Part shown: piece after piece, positions 12,043-25,090 of the stretch
Layout: every line of letters starts with the position of its first letter
Position numbering within the stretch: position 1 is the stretch's first letter
Assembly (NCBI GenBank): GCA_973895155.1
Contig: OZ316893.1
Location: 22,789,844-22,853,843, forward strand
Source: Marsupella aquatica
Lineage: Eukaryota; Plantae; Marchantiophyta
DNA: 64,000 nt
Reading direction: 5' to 3'
Translations under genes and position numbers: made by a program
The notes under the pieces: generated by a model
The model's input: the letters and a program-made list of their open reading frames with translations, nothing else
The model's database searches: none
What the model was told of the DNA's origin: nothing

Positions 12043-15000
12043 TTTTTCCCGATCCCCTAAAGAGCTTCGGAAAAGCGTCTGTCTGATCATTCGATCTTCG
12101 AAGAAAAGATCATGACGTCGAGTGCACTCAGTCCAGACAGAGACAGTCCGTCAGTTCGAGTCTCCAGAGCGCGTCAATCAGACTGACTCCATTCCTCATC
12201 TATCTATGTCATTCTGCCCTGGCGAATTCGGTAGACTGTAATAAGTTGCTCCTTTGATCGAGAGCTACTAATAAATAGCTAGGCTCTTATATGATCTCTC
12301 TCTCCATCTCTCTCTCTCTGTGTCCTCAGCAGCGAATGGAATGCTGCTCTCACCAAACTCATGATTATGTCGTGTGACATCGTGGTGTTTGTTCATGATC
12401 CGTGAAGGTTCATAACTCCCCCAACGGCCCCTTCCTCTACTCCTCTGTCGGGCGGATTGCCTGCAAAATTCGAATCATGTCCCTCACTCAGTGACGACCC
12501 AGTCCGACCCAGCTGCAATGCTGCTGTTGCACTAGTACCTTAGTCCTCACTTTCGCGGTCTTCAACAGCGAAGAATTAATTAAATCTTCTTCGCAGCAAC
12601 TGCGATATGAATGCAGAATATTAGAGCCAAAATGTCCAATGAGAGGAGTGTTCCCCATCTGCAGCCAAAACATTTTGCTGATTTCATATTTCAATTGAAA
12701 AATGCGTGTTCCAGAGCATTTCGCCATGTATACCTCTTTAAGGCTGTTTCGTATGGATTTTAATTTCTTCTCAATCTCACCAAAAGACGGTAATGACCAG
12801 CATATTCAAGGCCAGCACAATCATTCTCCCAGGCTGACGCAACTGAAACTTTGAATTTATGCATAGGGCGCCAGAACACATTAATTAATTGTTTTATGAG
12901 CGAACCTAATTACTAATATGGTAGGTGAAGGCGTAAGGATTACCTGGCAGGAAGATACATACTGTGAGCTCTCACTAAGTTGACGGTCCATAAGTGCAAA
13001 ACCTGGGTAACTGCACACATCCTGCTCTTCCCTGTTTTCCATCCATTTGGTGAGTTTTTTCATTTTTTTTAAGTGCAAATAGGGCTGCTCTTGACTACAA
13101 ATATCTAAGCACAAACCCTCTATAAAGTAAGGGTTCATGCACACTTATCAGAACACATACTATTTTTCTTTTGGTTTGTGCTTATTGATAAGTGCAAGTC
13201 AATTCTATGTAAGTGCACAGTTGTACAACATACAAAGCAAGTCACAACATACAAGCAAGGCAAATTCTAAGTTGTTGCATTTATCGTGTGGTACAAACCC
13301 CAGTTAAGAAAGCACGTTTGGAATTATAGAGGGCAATATCCTGAATCCTTACTTACACCTCACCCTCTGCTGGTTTTTTTCTTTACATTATAAAATAATG
13401 TGGCTAAATGGACAAGAGCACACAGTCTATGCTCTCACTAGCCAGCAGTGCTAGGCTTTTCCTTTTTCAGCCCACCCACTCCCACTTAGCCAAAGCCCCC
13501 AGTCTCCACCTTCCTTACCTTGGGCATTCCCCATCACCCCCTGCCCTCAGGAAATGCAGCTGGGATTTACCTCCCCACCTTGTATGGCCCTTATCTAGTA
13601 GTTGGTCACTCACTCAGCCAGACCTTATACTGACTGTTTGAACTTGCCGCAATAGTAAAAAACTCGGATGAATATTTAGTCCCCTGATCCTGATGTTGGG
13701 ACATTTGCTTGGCAAAATTAGATCCTGGGCAGGGGAGAGATTACCACCCTCTTAAGAGATATATGGTTCCATGAGGTAGCCACCGTCCTGAGCTCATCCA
13801 ATGGGTTGTCGCCACTGTACGTAGCTAACTGCCCTAATTTTAATTAAACAAACTGGCAGTAAATGTGGTTCTTTACAATGAGAAATATATGATATAGTTC
13901 AAGCAAGTTTTGTAGTAAATACACATGACATTAACAAAGGACTTGATGGGGCCCCTCGAGGGAAACAAACCCCCAACGAGGCTGGGAACAAGCAATATAG
14001 GCTGGGGAATGCATGTGGGGCCCCACTACCATGATGCTGGAGTTGTGATGTGCAGTGACAGCTATGCCGAGACGAGGGAATGGGGGCTCTAGCAGGTGAT
14101 GTAAGGGGTGGCAGAAAAAAGCCCCACTTTCACCTTGGGGGGCGGGGGGTTAGCTCACTTTCAAAAGAAGGGGTCCTGCCACATGATACACACATCACTC
14201 CCTTTAGCTAAATCCTGAAGTATGATATGTATCGTGGAACAAGAGAATAATTTGTTCTTTCTTACTACTGATATTCATTTACGTCTTCCAATTCGGAAGA
14301 CCTCCTATTCAGGCTTCTGAGCAGCAATCATGTCACAAACCGCTTTCCAACTACCGTACTATCGATATCCCAAAGTGATGTCTCAGGTTGTGATTTCTGA
14401 GTCTTTTGACTGTGCGTGTCAGGACTGCATATGACTGAGCTGTGAGCTGCTGCTTCAAATTCTAGGGTCACCGACCAAGACTACGGTAGCGACGTGGGGT
14501 ACAGAAAGGATTGTAGGAGTACGTACATGCGTAAATATAATACATCCGCTCCGAGTGCTGAAGACATACTAAATTCTTCTGGATCTGAACTTCTGAAGAC
14601 TGCGGATCTATAGCGATCTGGATCGATGTCACGCCTTTCGAATTGAAGGCTATGAACGGTTATGAACTTAGCCCCAATATCGTGCGCAGTTCCAATGCTC
14701 TCGATTTCGTGTAGTTGTATGAGTCAAGCGTTTCGAGTCGACGGCAAGCGTTATGGACATCGCTATAGGGCTTTGTTATGAGAAGACAACGGCATACTTT
14801 GGGACATAATGATCATGAGATTGCATGAACACCCTACTGACTAGCAGCGCATTTGCTGTACATCTTCGAAATCATGGCGCTGTCACATGAGAGATGCAGC
14901 ACGGTACGTGAGAATGAATGCGTGGCTGCATGCCGAAAGGGCTGCATTGGTGAACAGGCGCGATACATTCTAGCTGTGTACGGCGATAACTCGTTCGCAC

Positions 15001-16367
15001 ATGCGCGACCACCTGCTATGTACGTCCCCCCACTCCCATTTCCTGTTATCTCTTCAGAATGGTGTAATGAACTTTGCAACAGGCAAGGGAGCTTCTCGAA
15101 CGGGTCGATCTTGAAAGTTCCTCATTTCTGCCTCGATAGATCTCTTTGTCAAGCACTAAAAAAACCAGCTCTTCCTCTCCAGACCAGACAATACGTAAAA
15201 TGTCTGTACGTAAGTAACGGCTATGAGAGTTACCCACTTTTTGAACCCTTTGCACGAGAATTTGGGTAATGTTTAAAGTTCATAAGAGGGAAAGTGAATG
15301 TTAGCGAAGTGACAAATTTGATCCCGAACTAGCAGCTCGGTAAAAGTAATCCTCGTGCAGATCTTCCGAGACTCTTGACTTGGTACCGAAACTCGATTGC
15401 CATGACCCCGATCCCGGCAGCATGATCTGAATTCTGCCCCAAGTACAAATAAACTATTCTCCAATATTCATGATTGTATCTCCTCGACGAAAAAATGTCT
15501 GCGATGAGCAAAGATGACATTGGAAAAGGATCATGGAAAGATCGAAGAGGACTCACGGCAAAATAATATAGTGCACATCTTGCCTCTTCATTCATATTGC
15601 CATTTGAATGCTTGCGATAGACTCGTACAGTAACCGCTCAAGCTTTTCGTTTCCTACTATCAGGGGGACACCACAGAGCCAAGGTAAGGAGAAAGCTGCA
15701 GTGGGTGAAAGTTTCATTGATACGAATGTTTAGAAGACCATCTCGTCCAGGTCAGGCAGAAATGCCTGTAGCTATCTCTTTTCGAAGAACATTGAGGCAA
15801 TGTAGGGACTGGTCTTTCTTGAAACCTTACCCTTTCCTTCACGGAGGAATCATTCAAGAAACAAGTCTGCCTACCTACCCAACATTTCAATTGGAATCCC
15901 ATCCGGATCCAAGGACCATAATGTCGGCATCGGTCTATCGATTGATAGACTCTCGCCTACGAAAAAAAAACTTTGAAATGGTAAACCAATAAGTCCCTCA
16001 GGTGGTGATTGCAAGCTCTCCCGATCCTCGATCATGTTGGTCAGGAGTGGTGGATTCAGAACGACGAAGATTGATGCATGCACCCAAATATTGCTCGATC
16101 TCAAGGACGAGCTCTAGCCAGCGGCCGAGCTACCTACTCTAGCAACGATCCCTTCTCATCCCGTAATAATCGGAAGGGGAATGACAAGAAGATCCAACTT
16201 TTATTGTTCCTGATGAAACGGAGTACGGAAGCAACTTCGATAAATCGCTACTGTAGCCACTCTCTTCAACGCGGGACGCTTAATGGGTGACAACGTTCCA
16301 TGATATAAATGTACTGCTTGCTGATGTCAAACAAGGAGTTGTGGCGCCTAGCCAGCAAGTCAGCCAG

Positions 16368-16784
16368 CTAACCCCCCCTTGCACATCTCGTTATGGTGGA
16401 GCAGCCTCTAGTGTATGGATTGACAGGTCCACTTGCAGATTGGCAATTCGGAGTGTAGTAAGACCTGCCAGACTGAGGCGGACATGGAACGTTGTCGCCC
16501 GTTAGTGCCCCATAGCCAATATATGGGCTGCCAGACTGCAAAAGTCTTCTTCTCAACTGGGCGCCGCCAGAAAGAGTGGCCAGCCTCAGACGTCCGATGC
16601 CGGTAGAAGAAACCTGATGCGAGGTGATGCTACTGCGCGCCCCAGTAGTAGTCGGTTTAGATTTGGTCAAGGAGGTCGCCGCCACGTCTACGGGCCCGCC
16701 ATGATTACTGTTGTTCAGAAGGTAGAAGACGGAAAACGAAAGAAAAATAAGAAATGCTACGCTTTGCATTCCGTTACGATCCAT
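16368..16784 (-). CDS. RALF: RALF-like peptide precursor, 138 aa, intronless
   Basis: Signal peptide and RRRLL site. YIGYGAL, then VPCPPQSGRSYYTPNCQSASGPVNPYTRGCSTITRCARGG with four conserved Cys. Confidence 0.93.
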   Translation of the reverse strand: MDRNGMQSVAFLIFLSFSVFYLLNNSNHGGPVDVAATSLTKSKPTTTGARSSITSHQVSSTGIGRLRLATLSGGAQLRRRLLQSGSPYIGYGALTGDNVPCPPQSGRSYYTPNCQSASGPVNPYTRGCSTITRCARGG

Positions 16785-17642
16785 ATCTCTCCTGTTGTAG
16801 ATCGTGCCTTTGGTGGGACTAGGCGCCGATTCTCCCTATTTCCCAAGCGCCTCCTCCGCTTACCTCAGCTCGTCTGAATAAAGAACTAGCAACAACTAGT
16901 GTAGCTGTTTTGCTCCGCACAAAAGTGGGCTAGCACGCCTTGAAGACCGCTTCATATTCTTGCACCTGGGAACGGATCTATGAGTTCACTCTGCACATAA
17001 GCTCCGAGGCATGTCACAGTCTATGAGCACTGCATTGTGGCGGTCAGCAAGAACCTCTGTCTCCAACTTCAGAGCGCAGTTCTGGGACAGGCCAACAACA
17101 AACTCAAAGCCGAATCATTTCCAATGCTCCACAGGCGGAACAAATCTGATTCCTCCAATCCCAGCTCTCTCTGAAAAGCCTCAATTCTGTCGTCCAAGAC
17201 TGACTCGACGCCCATTACCAGATCGACCATTCAATTCATGAAACGCCTCATTTTCCCCGACCAGACTCTACAGTGATCTGCATTGCCAAATAATCTGCCG
17301 ACTATCAGCTCTCCCCACGCTCGTTCCTCTTCTGCTCACTCCTGGCTCTCGTCTCCTCTCAGTCCGATGCCGACCGTTTCCTCAAGGTGCTCTTCTAGCT
17401 GCTGCTCTCCAATGGTACTCGAACCATAGATTGAGAGGAACCATACATTATCGAGAGTGCCCACTAGAGGAGTGACCTCTCAACGAGGACAGGTCGAGGA
17501 GGAAGCATCATAATACCAAAACAGCAGCAGTCGAGCCTCGTCTCGACTCGACGAAGATGGCACGACCACGTTCTCTTGAAGGCAGAATGCACTGTGGATT
17601 CGTTGCTGATGAGAGCAGTCGCTGGAGAAGACCACCTCTTCA

Positions 17643-17741
17643 GAGAAGACTCATCAGAGACTCAACAGAGACTTGGACTCGAGAAGACTCATCAGAGACT
17701 CAACAGAGACTTGGACTCGAGAAGACTCATCAGAGACTCAA
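17643..17741. repeat. 38-bp tandem repeat, ~2.6 copies
   Basis: GAGAAGACTCATCAGAGACTCAACAGAGACTTGGACTC starts at 17643 and 17681, with a partial copy at 17719. Confidence 0.9.
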
Positions 17742-18649
17742 AGAAGACTTCTCTCTCGAGAGAGAAAGAGACGATAGTGGAGAAAACTGCTGTCCTCTCT
17801 TTTACTCGTGTTGCCTTTCAGCTCACTCGCATCCGTTCCAAAAGTGGAAAGGGAAAGGTTACCTATAGTACGCTGTACGTGGTTTACCCGAGGTTAGGTT
17901 CGGTTTGGGTCGGTTACTCGGTTGGCTGGTGTCCGCTGTCGGGTACGGAAGCCTTCGGCCGTTTCGTCCCTCGCTCACGGCCCCTATCGCTCAGCCGAGC
18001 ATATTCTCTCACATTCCCTCGTTTCTTGATCGTGGCCGTATAGATTACGCGATCGACCGCGGTGGAAGCCAGCCTGTGATTCCCGTAACGAACGGAGGAG
18101 TCCTTCGGGAACCGTACTTTTTATGGGTCTCATCTCGGCCGTAGCTTTGATGCGATCCACCGTGCAATAGAGTCAGCATGGGGTCCGTACTTTATGAGTG
18201 GGACCGTGCCCGGACCCCAGCCCCGTCCCTCTGGCACGGACTTGACTGGTACCCTGGTCTGGTCTATTCTGTCGTGTGCTGTACCTTATAGTACCTGATA
18301 TAGTACTGTACCTAACGGTACAAACCGTACGGGACTGTTTCTTGCCCGCTCCCGGTTTCCCCTCTTGACAAGGAGCCCTGGATAGTACTGTCTAGTACCG
18401 GGCCTGTCCCGAACCGGAATTCTGGCCCGGCCCGTTGCCCTGGGTAGGGTTTGTGCTGGTCGGTGGCTCGGGAAACTGCTCGAGGGACAGTACAGTCGAC
18501 CTCGTCTAACTGCACCGTTTATAAGTGCATTTCGCGGATAATTGCAATGGACTTGTAGCAAACCCTGTCTAAGTGCACCTTCACCAGGCTCGTGACCAGC
18601 CTACCCGCTCATAAAAGCCTACAAGGTCATCATAGTCTAAGCAATACAG

Positions 18650-21050
18650 TCAGATAATATGGTGTACAATATAATCTCAAATATGCTATGTGGTATGGTG
18701 TACCATATAATTTCAAATATGCTATGGGGCCATTAAGGGTTGTACGATATTTTTAACGGCTCTTAGCTTGCCACATAAGTACCTTTAGGTACAATACTGT
18801 GTCCAACACAATTTCAAATAGGTTATGGGCAACTTTTTACAAAATGGGTTCTGACAGTACCTTCCTTACCATGTTCGGCCAGCCACCTGTTACTGCAACT
18901 TCAGCCCATAAGTGCAATACTTAGATAAATTCCCAGGAAGGAGCTTCTTCTCTTATTTTGCCATGTGAGTACACTTTTGGCAGTTTACAAGAGTGAGAAA
19001 AAAGCCCACTATTGCACAATTTTATGGGTTCAATATGTCTATAAGAGTCAATTTTTCTGTACTCCATAAGAGCAAAGTTTAGGATGTGCTCACATGTGGT
19101 GTGTGAAGGGATTCATGCACCAGGGACCTGACTTCTTCACTTTGTTTCCTTTATTCAAAATATTGCATTTTACTGATACTCTCATTGTAGAACTGACTTA
19201 TCCAATTGTCCATAGTTGTTCAAATCGCACTGGTGTGAAATACTCTAGTAACTCATTATACCGATACTCTAGTTCTATAACTCACTTATTTTCCATCAAT
19301 GCATACTTTTCCAAATTGCACTTGTAATTCATACTCTAGCGACTCTTTGAAACAAGTTCAAATACATTTCTTCTGAATTCAAATTGTGAAGTAGCTGTGT
19401 ATCACCCTTTTAATGGTACCCCAGATTTAGAACTACAAAACATCCAAATGATTGAATCATTTGATTTAGAAAAGTTGGAATGCCTACAAATGTAGAGAAT
19501 ATTTTCTCGGAGACCTAGGATAATCAAATCACAGAGATGTTAAACATTGTCAAACAATTGCAATTTATAAGTTTCACAAATTAGAGCAATGGCTTCATCT
19601 TCTCGTGGTGAGAAAACCAATCACTAAGTCAATCCTTTTTTCGATTTGCAAAGTAGCTGTGTATCACCATTTGAATCATAAACCCCAAATGTCGAACTAA
19701 GTAACATGAAAGAATCATGTGATTTAGAAAATTTGGAACAGCCTACAAACATAGAGAATTTTAACGTAAGATATTTACAAGACACAGATGTTAAACATTG
19801 TCAAAGGATCACAATTTATAGGTTTCACAAAAGCATTTGCTTCACCTTTCCAATCCTGAGAAAAACAATTGACAGGTGTAGAGGACTGAAATTGGTCAAC
19901 TGGCCCTGTCCCATATCACTCCTGCTCCTCTACTTTTTCTGCTGGATTTGCAGTACTACAAATGGATGTCTGTTTCTTGATCAGGATACCATCTTGTCTA
20001 GGAATCTTTCCGCCCACAAGTTCCCGGGCGAACTGAACATAAAGAGATACCGGCACCTCAGTAATTTTGCAGCCACAAAATGATCCCTAAAAATCCACAT
20101 CCTTACCGATGTTCCTCGTTCCCTATAAATTTGGCCTACTAAGAAAGAGTTTTACTATAAAACACACAAAGTAACAGGCAAGTGTAGTTCGAGAACCACT
20201 ATCAGCTAACCTGCAAGAACCAGGCAGCCCTCGATTTTCAATCCAAATCCAAATAGTTTCTTCAGACATAACCTTGACGTGTCAATCTGATACCTTGAAT
20301 AGCAACCTGGCCTTTCACCAGCGAATTAAAAGTACAAAGAATCATAGAGAAGTTGACTAGCTGGATGCGGGAAGACTCGAGTGATGAGATTGTGATTACG
20401 ATGGGGATACTAGCTACAGTCTGTACCTCCCGAATCAGTGGCTCAAGTTGAGTCTTCAGTAGGACTTCTGAAACTGGAGCTGAACTGGACTCGCATTACG
20501 GTGTCTAATGTCCTGTTTCCCGTTTCTACATTTCAAATGCCAAACAAGTTTCACACAGTCTCAAGTAGCTAAAACAGGAAATGACATAAAACTCCACATA
20601 CATATACAACATCCAAAGACGTCCCTAACCCTCAAGTTCTCTCTCTTCTTCGGACCCCCGTTCGGACCGAGGGAGCTCGGGCAAGCGCAGCTACTGTAGT
20701 TTCGCAGTGAGATCGTTGTTCCTTTGATAGAACCTGCAACAATCTATCAACGCAAATTTTCTCTTGAACAGATGATGAGAGCAGTTGACCGTAACACGAC
20801 AGAGTCCAGGTTGTGTGCGCAGCTTGCAAGGAGAACGTTTCCGTAAATGATGTCCAAGGAGGAGAGTTTCCGTCCAAAATCCACATCGAAGGCAGCCTAA
20901 TTGTCCTGAACTGGACCCAGACTAATTGATCGAGGCAGGCTACAGGGGAATTCGAAGGACTGCATGACATAGAACCCCGCATAGAACAGTTTCAATGATG
21001 ACGGCGATGTGCGGGTTTCCTTACCAAGCATTCTGTCAGCTTCAAATCGA
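18650..21050 (+). repeat. Segmental-duplication block, copy 1 (non-coding)
   Basis: Colinear by eye with 47830-49610 (shared TTTTGGCAGTTTACAAGAG, CTCCATAAGAGCAAAG, CCAAAATCCACATCGA) and with 36470-37435 (shared ACTATCAGCTAACCTGCAAGAACCA). Confidence 0.8.
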
Positions 21051-21065
21051 GTAACCAAAGTCTTA

Positions 21066-21496
21066 ATACTTGTATGGTGGGATCACCCGAAGGCTTGTGA
21101 AGCTCGTAGGGGGAGTCATATCACGAAGACAGGATTGCAAGTATTGATTATTGGTTATCATACTCGATCTTGTTTTGACAAAATTCTACAACAGTAGAGA
21201 AACTCAGAGATGTTTCTATCAACTTCATTACAGCTTTCTCTGACGTTGGCGGTTTTAGAGTTCAGGATCGAATTTAACAATAGTCAATCCACAGAATGTC
21301 ACTAACTACGGTAGAGACGAGGGACCGTATGGAAGGCCTGACGAGCTTGCAGATTCCATTGTTGCACCTTGCTGCGGCGCCGATTAGTCACAACGGGTCT
21401 CAGGAAGAAGCAGCCAAGCAGAGAGCAGAAGAGTACAATAGACAATTGGGCTGCAAATCTTGCCGAGGTTACGAAAATCCAATTGATCGCACCCAT
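21066..21496 (-). pseudogene. Deleted paralog of the hydrolase-NLR: exon 1, intron 1 and the start of exon 2 only
   Basis: MGAINWIFVTSARFAAQLSIVLFCSLLGCFFLRPVV matches NLR exon 1 MGAIDWIFVIWARF...AQLSILIFCCLLGFFFLRPVV. GGTGGGATCACCC..GGCTTGTGAAGCTCGT matches 56669-56700. The splice sites are lost and the rest of the gene is absent. Confidence 0.85.
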
Positions 21497-21956
21497 GGCG
21501 AGCCTCGGAGAAAGGCGATCTCTTGTCGCCCTTAGGAATTGGGCCCTTCGAGTCCAAAATTCTGCAACTAGCCCTGGAATGGGCAAGTGGTCAGTTCCAT
21601 CCTCGTCATGATTTCAGACCACAATAATTCAAAATAGTGTGGGCTTTGAATGAGGGAAAGCACAAGGTTGCGCTGTGCTCCTCCTCGAACAGTTCTCTCT
21701 CAAATGCAGCGAGGATGTAGCTGCTATATGGTGAATCTACCTTTCACATTTTGTCTTATTTAAATTTTGTGTCATATATTTCTATTTCAATGTGGCTTAA
21801 CAAGGGGCAGCCTTTGTATCATAGACATTTTAAATTAATTTTTAGACCCCTTTTATTTTAGGTATTCTAAAGTATTTAAACTTCTTTTGGCTGCCCCCTT
21901 ATAACTTTTAAAGTTAGTGATCTATTAGAGACTAGCCCAATGCCCGTGCGTTGCAC

Positions 21957-23680
21957 AAAAGATGTCGAGTTGAAAAAAGACGTCGAGGAGAGAAAAGATG
22001 TTGAGGTGAGCAAAAGATGTTGAGGTGATAGAAGATGTCGAGGAGAGAAAAGATGTCGAGGAGAGAAAAGATGTCAAGGAGCAAAAAAATGTTGAGGAGA
22101 GAAAAGATGTTGAGGTGAGAATAATGTCGAGGTGAGTTAAGATGTTGAGGTGATAAAAGAAGTAGAGGTGATAAAAAGATGTCAAACTAAGAGCAAAAAA
22201 TGGTCCAAATGATAAACATACGTCCAGGAGAGAAAAGATATTGAGGAGAGAAATAGATGTTGAGATGAGAAAAAACTAGAGGAGAGAAAACATGTCTAGG
22301 TGAACAAAAGATGTTGAGGAGAGAAACATGTGCAAAGGAGAGAAAAAGATTTTGAGTAGAACAAGAGATTTTTTTAATTTTTATTTTTGAGCAGAAAAAG
22401 ATGTAAAGTAGAGCAACAGATTTTGAGGTGAGAAAATAAACTTGACACTTTTTCCACCCCTTACCTGCGACCGGATGGGGCAAGATGAAGCCTCTCCCTC
22501 CCTCTTTTCTCATCCATGTGCCCCCCCTTCCCCTTTCTCCTTGCCTCTCCTCCTCTTTGCTTTGCTTCCAAGGCTTTCTTTGGGACAATAAAAGTCAAAT
22601 TTTGTGAGACAATTGTGATGAAAAACCATAGAAATATTTGTTATAGTTTATGGGTGTGAAGTCTCATTATTTTGGCACAATATATATATATAGAAATAGC
22701 CTGATGCCCATGCGTTGCCCATAAGATGTTGAGGTGAGAAAAAAACATTGAGGTGAGGAAAAGATATGGAGGAGATAAAAAGATGCTGAGATGAGAAAAA
22801 TATGTCCAGGAGAGAAAAAGATGTTGAGGTGAGAAAAACGTTAGAGGAGAGAAAAAAATGTCAAGGTGAGAAAATGATATTGAGGTGAGGAAATCATGTC
22901 CATGAGAGAAAAAAATGTGAAAATTATGAAAATATGATGCTGAGATGAGTAGAGATGCCAAGAAGAGAAAATATATCAAGGTGCATGAGAAAATGCTGAG
23001 GTGATAAAAGATGTTGAGGAGAAAAAAGTGCAGTGAGAAAGGAAAGATGGCAAGATGAAAAAAAGATGTCAATGTGAGATTGAAAAGATAAAAGGTATCA
23101 AGCTGCGGAATTAACACTTTTACACACTACATGTAAGAAAATGTGTATACCAATGCCTCGAATGGTAACATACCATCCTTGGGTGATACAAGTTGTGGGT
23201 TTGGATCCCACTACTCATAAAAAAACATGTAACTAAAAAGTGATTGAGAGATCTTTTTCGTTAATCTTAGTAGAGATGCTTTAGCAGGACTTCCTTAAAA
23301 CCCTATCTAAGCATATATTCCTATCTATTCCAAGAATGATTATCCGGAACCAAGTAATTTTTTTGCAGTTCCCATATAGAAGCAAAATGATAATAATTTT
23401 CGAAATAGTCTAATTATTTTCATGAGTTTGGGTTGGCACCGGTAAAAATCTGTAAAAGTTGAGATAGATTCAAAAGCTCGTGTGGCAGACAGAATCTAGT
23501 TGGTAACTAAATATTAATATGTATCTATATTTATATCATTGGGGTTAGGAAAATATCTCAAGGAGAGAAAACATGTCAATATGATAAAAAGTAGTTGAGG
23601 AGATAAAAGATGTCAAGCTGAGAAAAATATGTCAAGGTGAAAAAAATTGCCAAGTTGAGGCAAAGATATTGAGGCAATGT
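21957..23680. repeat. Degenerate 18-bp purine-rich minisatellite arrays inside the Helitron
   Basis: AAAAGATGT(C/T)GAGG(A/T)GAG units at about 21957-22430, 22723-23100 and 23560-23680. Confidence 0.85.
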
Positions 23681-24745
23681 ATGTCCCAAGGTGCTATTGT
23701 GAAAGCAATGTTGTGGCAAGGGTGAGAGCATGGGATCGAGGGAACGCAAGACAGGGGCGGCTGGGGTGTTACAGGGTCAAGTGTGGTCGCCCTTAGCTAT
23801 ATGGAGGGAGATAAATTCACATTTTTTTCCTTTTTTCTTCAATCTCCTCTTCTGTGCCCTTCCTTTCTCTCCTTCCAGTCTCCCATCCTGGCTCTTTGGC
23901 ACCCCCCTCCCTTTCCAACATGATTAAGAAAGAGAAGAAGAATCAACATGCATGGAGCAAAGATAAATGATCTCTCAGAAAAATGAAAATTTCTCTTCTC
24001 CTTAGCAAAAAAACAAAACAAATCTGACACCAATGTTATGCACATGTCATTTTTGAAAGTAGTTAGCCAGCACATGTATTTTGTAAACACCTACTTTAAG
24101 AGCAAAAATATCCATGGTATTCACTCTCATAGGTGATGATCCCTTTCACTCAATCCAAGGGTGTCAAAATCATTGAAATATATTGATGGTATTGGTTTGT
24201 TCCTTCCTTTTCCACTTTTGTAGATTGCACCAACTCTTTGAGATGGGATAGTTTTTTATAATGTGATTTGAAATATGACATATATAGAAAGTAACCCATT
24301 GCCCTAACTTTGCATTGCACATTTGTCCTTATAACCATTTTATTGTTACAATCATTTATCACTCCGGCCATTTCATTGTTGGGGCCATTGTGTCTTGGGT
24401 CAATAAGGTTATTGTAATAAAGAATATAGGATTGAATGTTAATGTAACCTGGAAAAAGTACTTTCACTACTCCTAGTAGACTTAATTTTTTCCACTTCCC
24501 TATAAATCATCCCTTTTGAACTCACAACTTAATTTGTATTGTAGGTTGCCTATACTTCTTACTTTACGTGAATGGGGCAATCATGTGGGGTCTACTTAGA
24601 TTTTCTTGTCAGACCCATCTACCCATGAAAGCCACATGTCAACTCAATTCCCAATAACCTTTGTATAGATGTTTGTATATGAGTCTAGGTGTGGGTGGAA
24701 GCCCATGGATCCGTGCCTCAGGCTAGGACAAGCTCAGTCTTTATT

Positions 24746-25090
24746 TGTTAGGATTTACACTTAGGTCTAGAGTTACGAATGTACCGTAGTTAAGACTAAC
24801 CTTAGTCGCAGACTTGGTTAGGTTAGTCATGCTGTGCACACTCTATAACCAAGCGATGTTTGCTTGGAGAGGTGGAACTCAGGCTCATTGTTACGGAGCC
24901 AGTTGAGAGATAGGGAGAGCTTGTGCTGTGGATGCTTGGTATGGCCGGTCGGCCTAGAGTGCAGTAAAGCTCTTGTGTGTTCCCGTGGATGTAGCCTCAT
25001 GTGGAGGTGAACCACGTATCTCTCTGTGTCGTCTATTGTGCGTTGGATGGTTCAAGGGCTTGCCGTTGCGATCGTCGTCTATGCTCAACA
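24746..25090 (+). repeat. 5' LTR (345 bp)
   Basis: TGTTAGG...CTCAACA. About 8 substitutions versus the 3' LTR, counted by eye. Confidence 0.95.

Noticed and set aside
14853-15269. 138-aa Cys-containing ORF between the RALF genes
   Set aside because: TTG start, no signal peptide and no recognisable motif.
17012-18600. Possible solo Gypsy LTR or hAT remnant (TGTCAC start, GTGACC end, GTAC-rich GC region)
   Set aside because: No matching TSD or paired termini found. It is probably repeat-derived but cannot be classified.
21925-23117. Hydrophobic Phe/Ser/Leu-rich minus-strand ORFs
   Set aside because: These are translations of the 18-bp purine-rich minisatellite.
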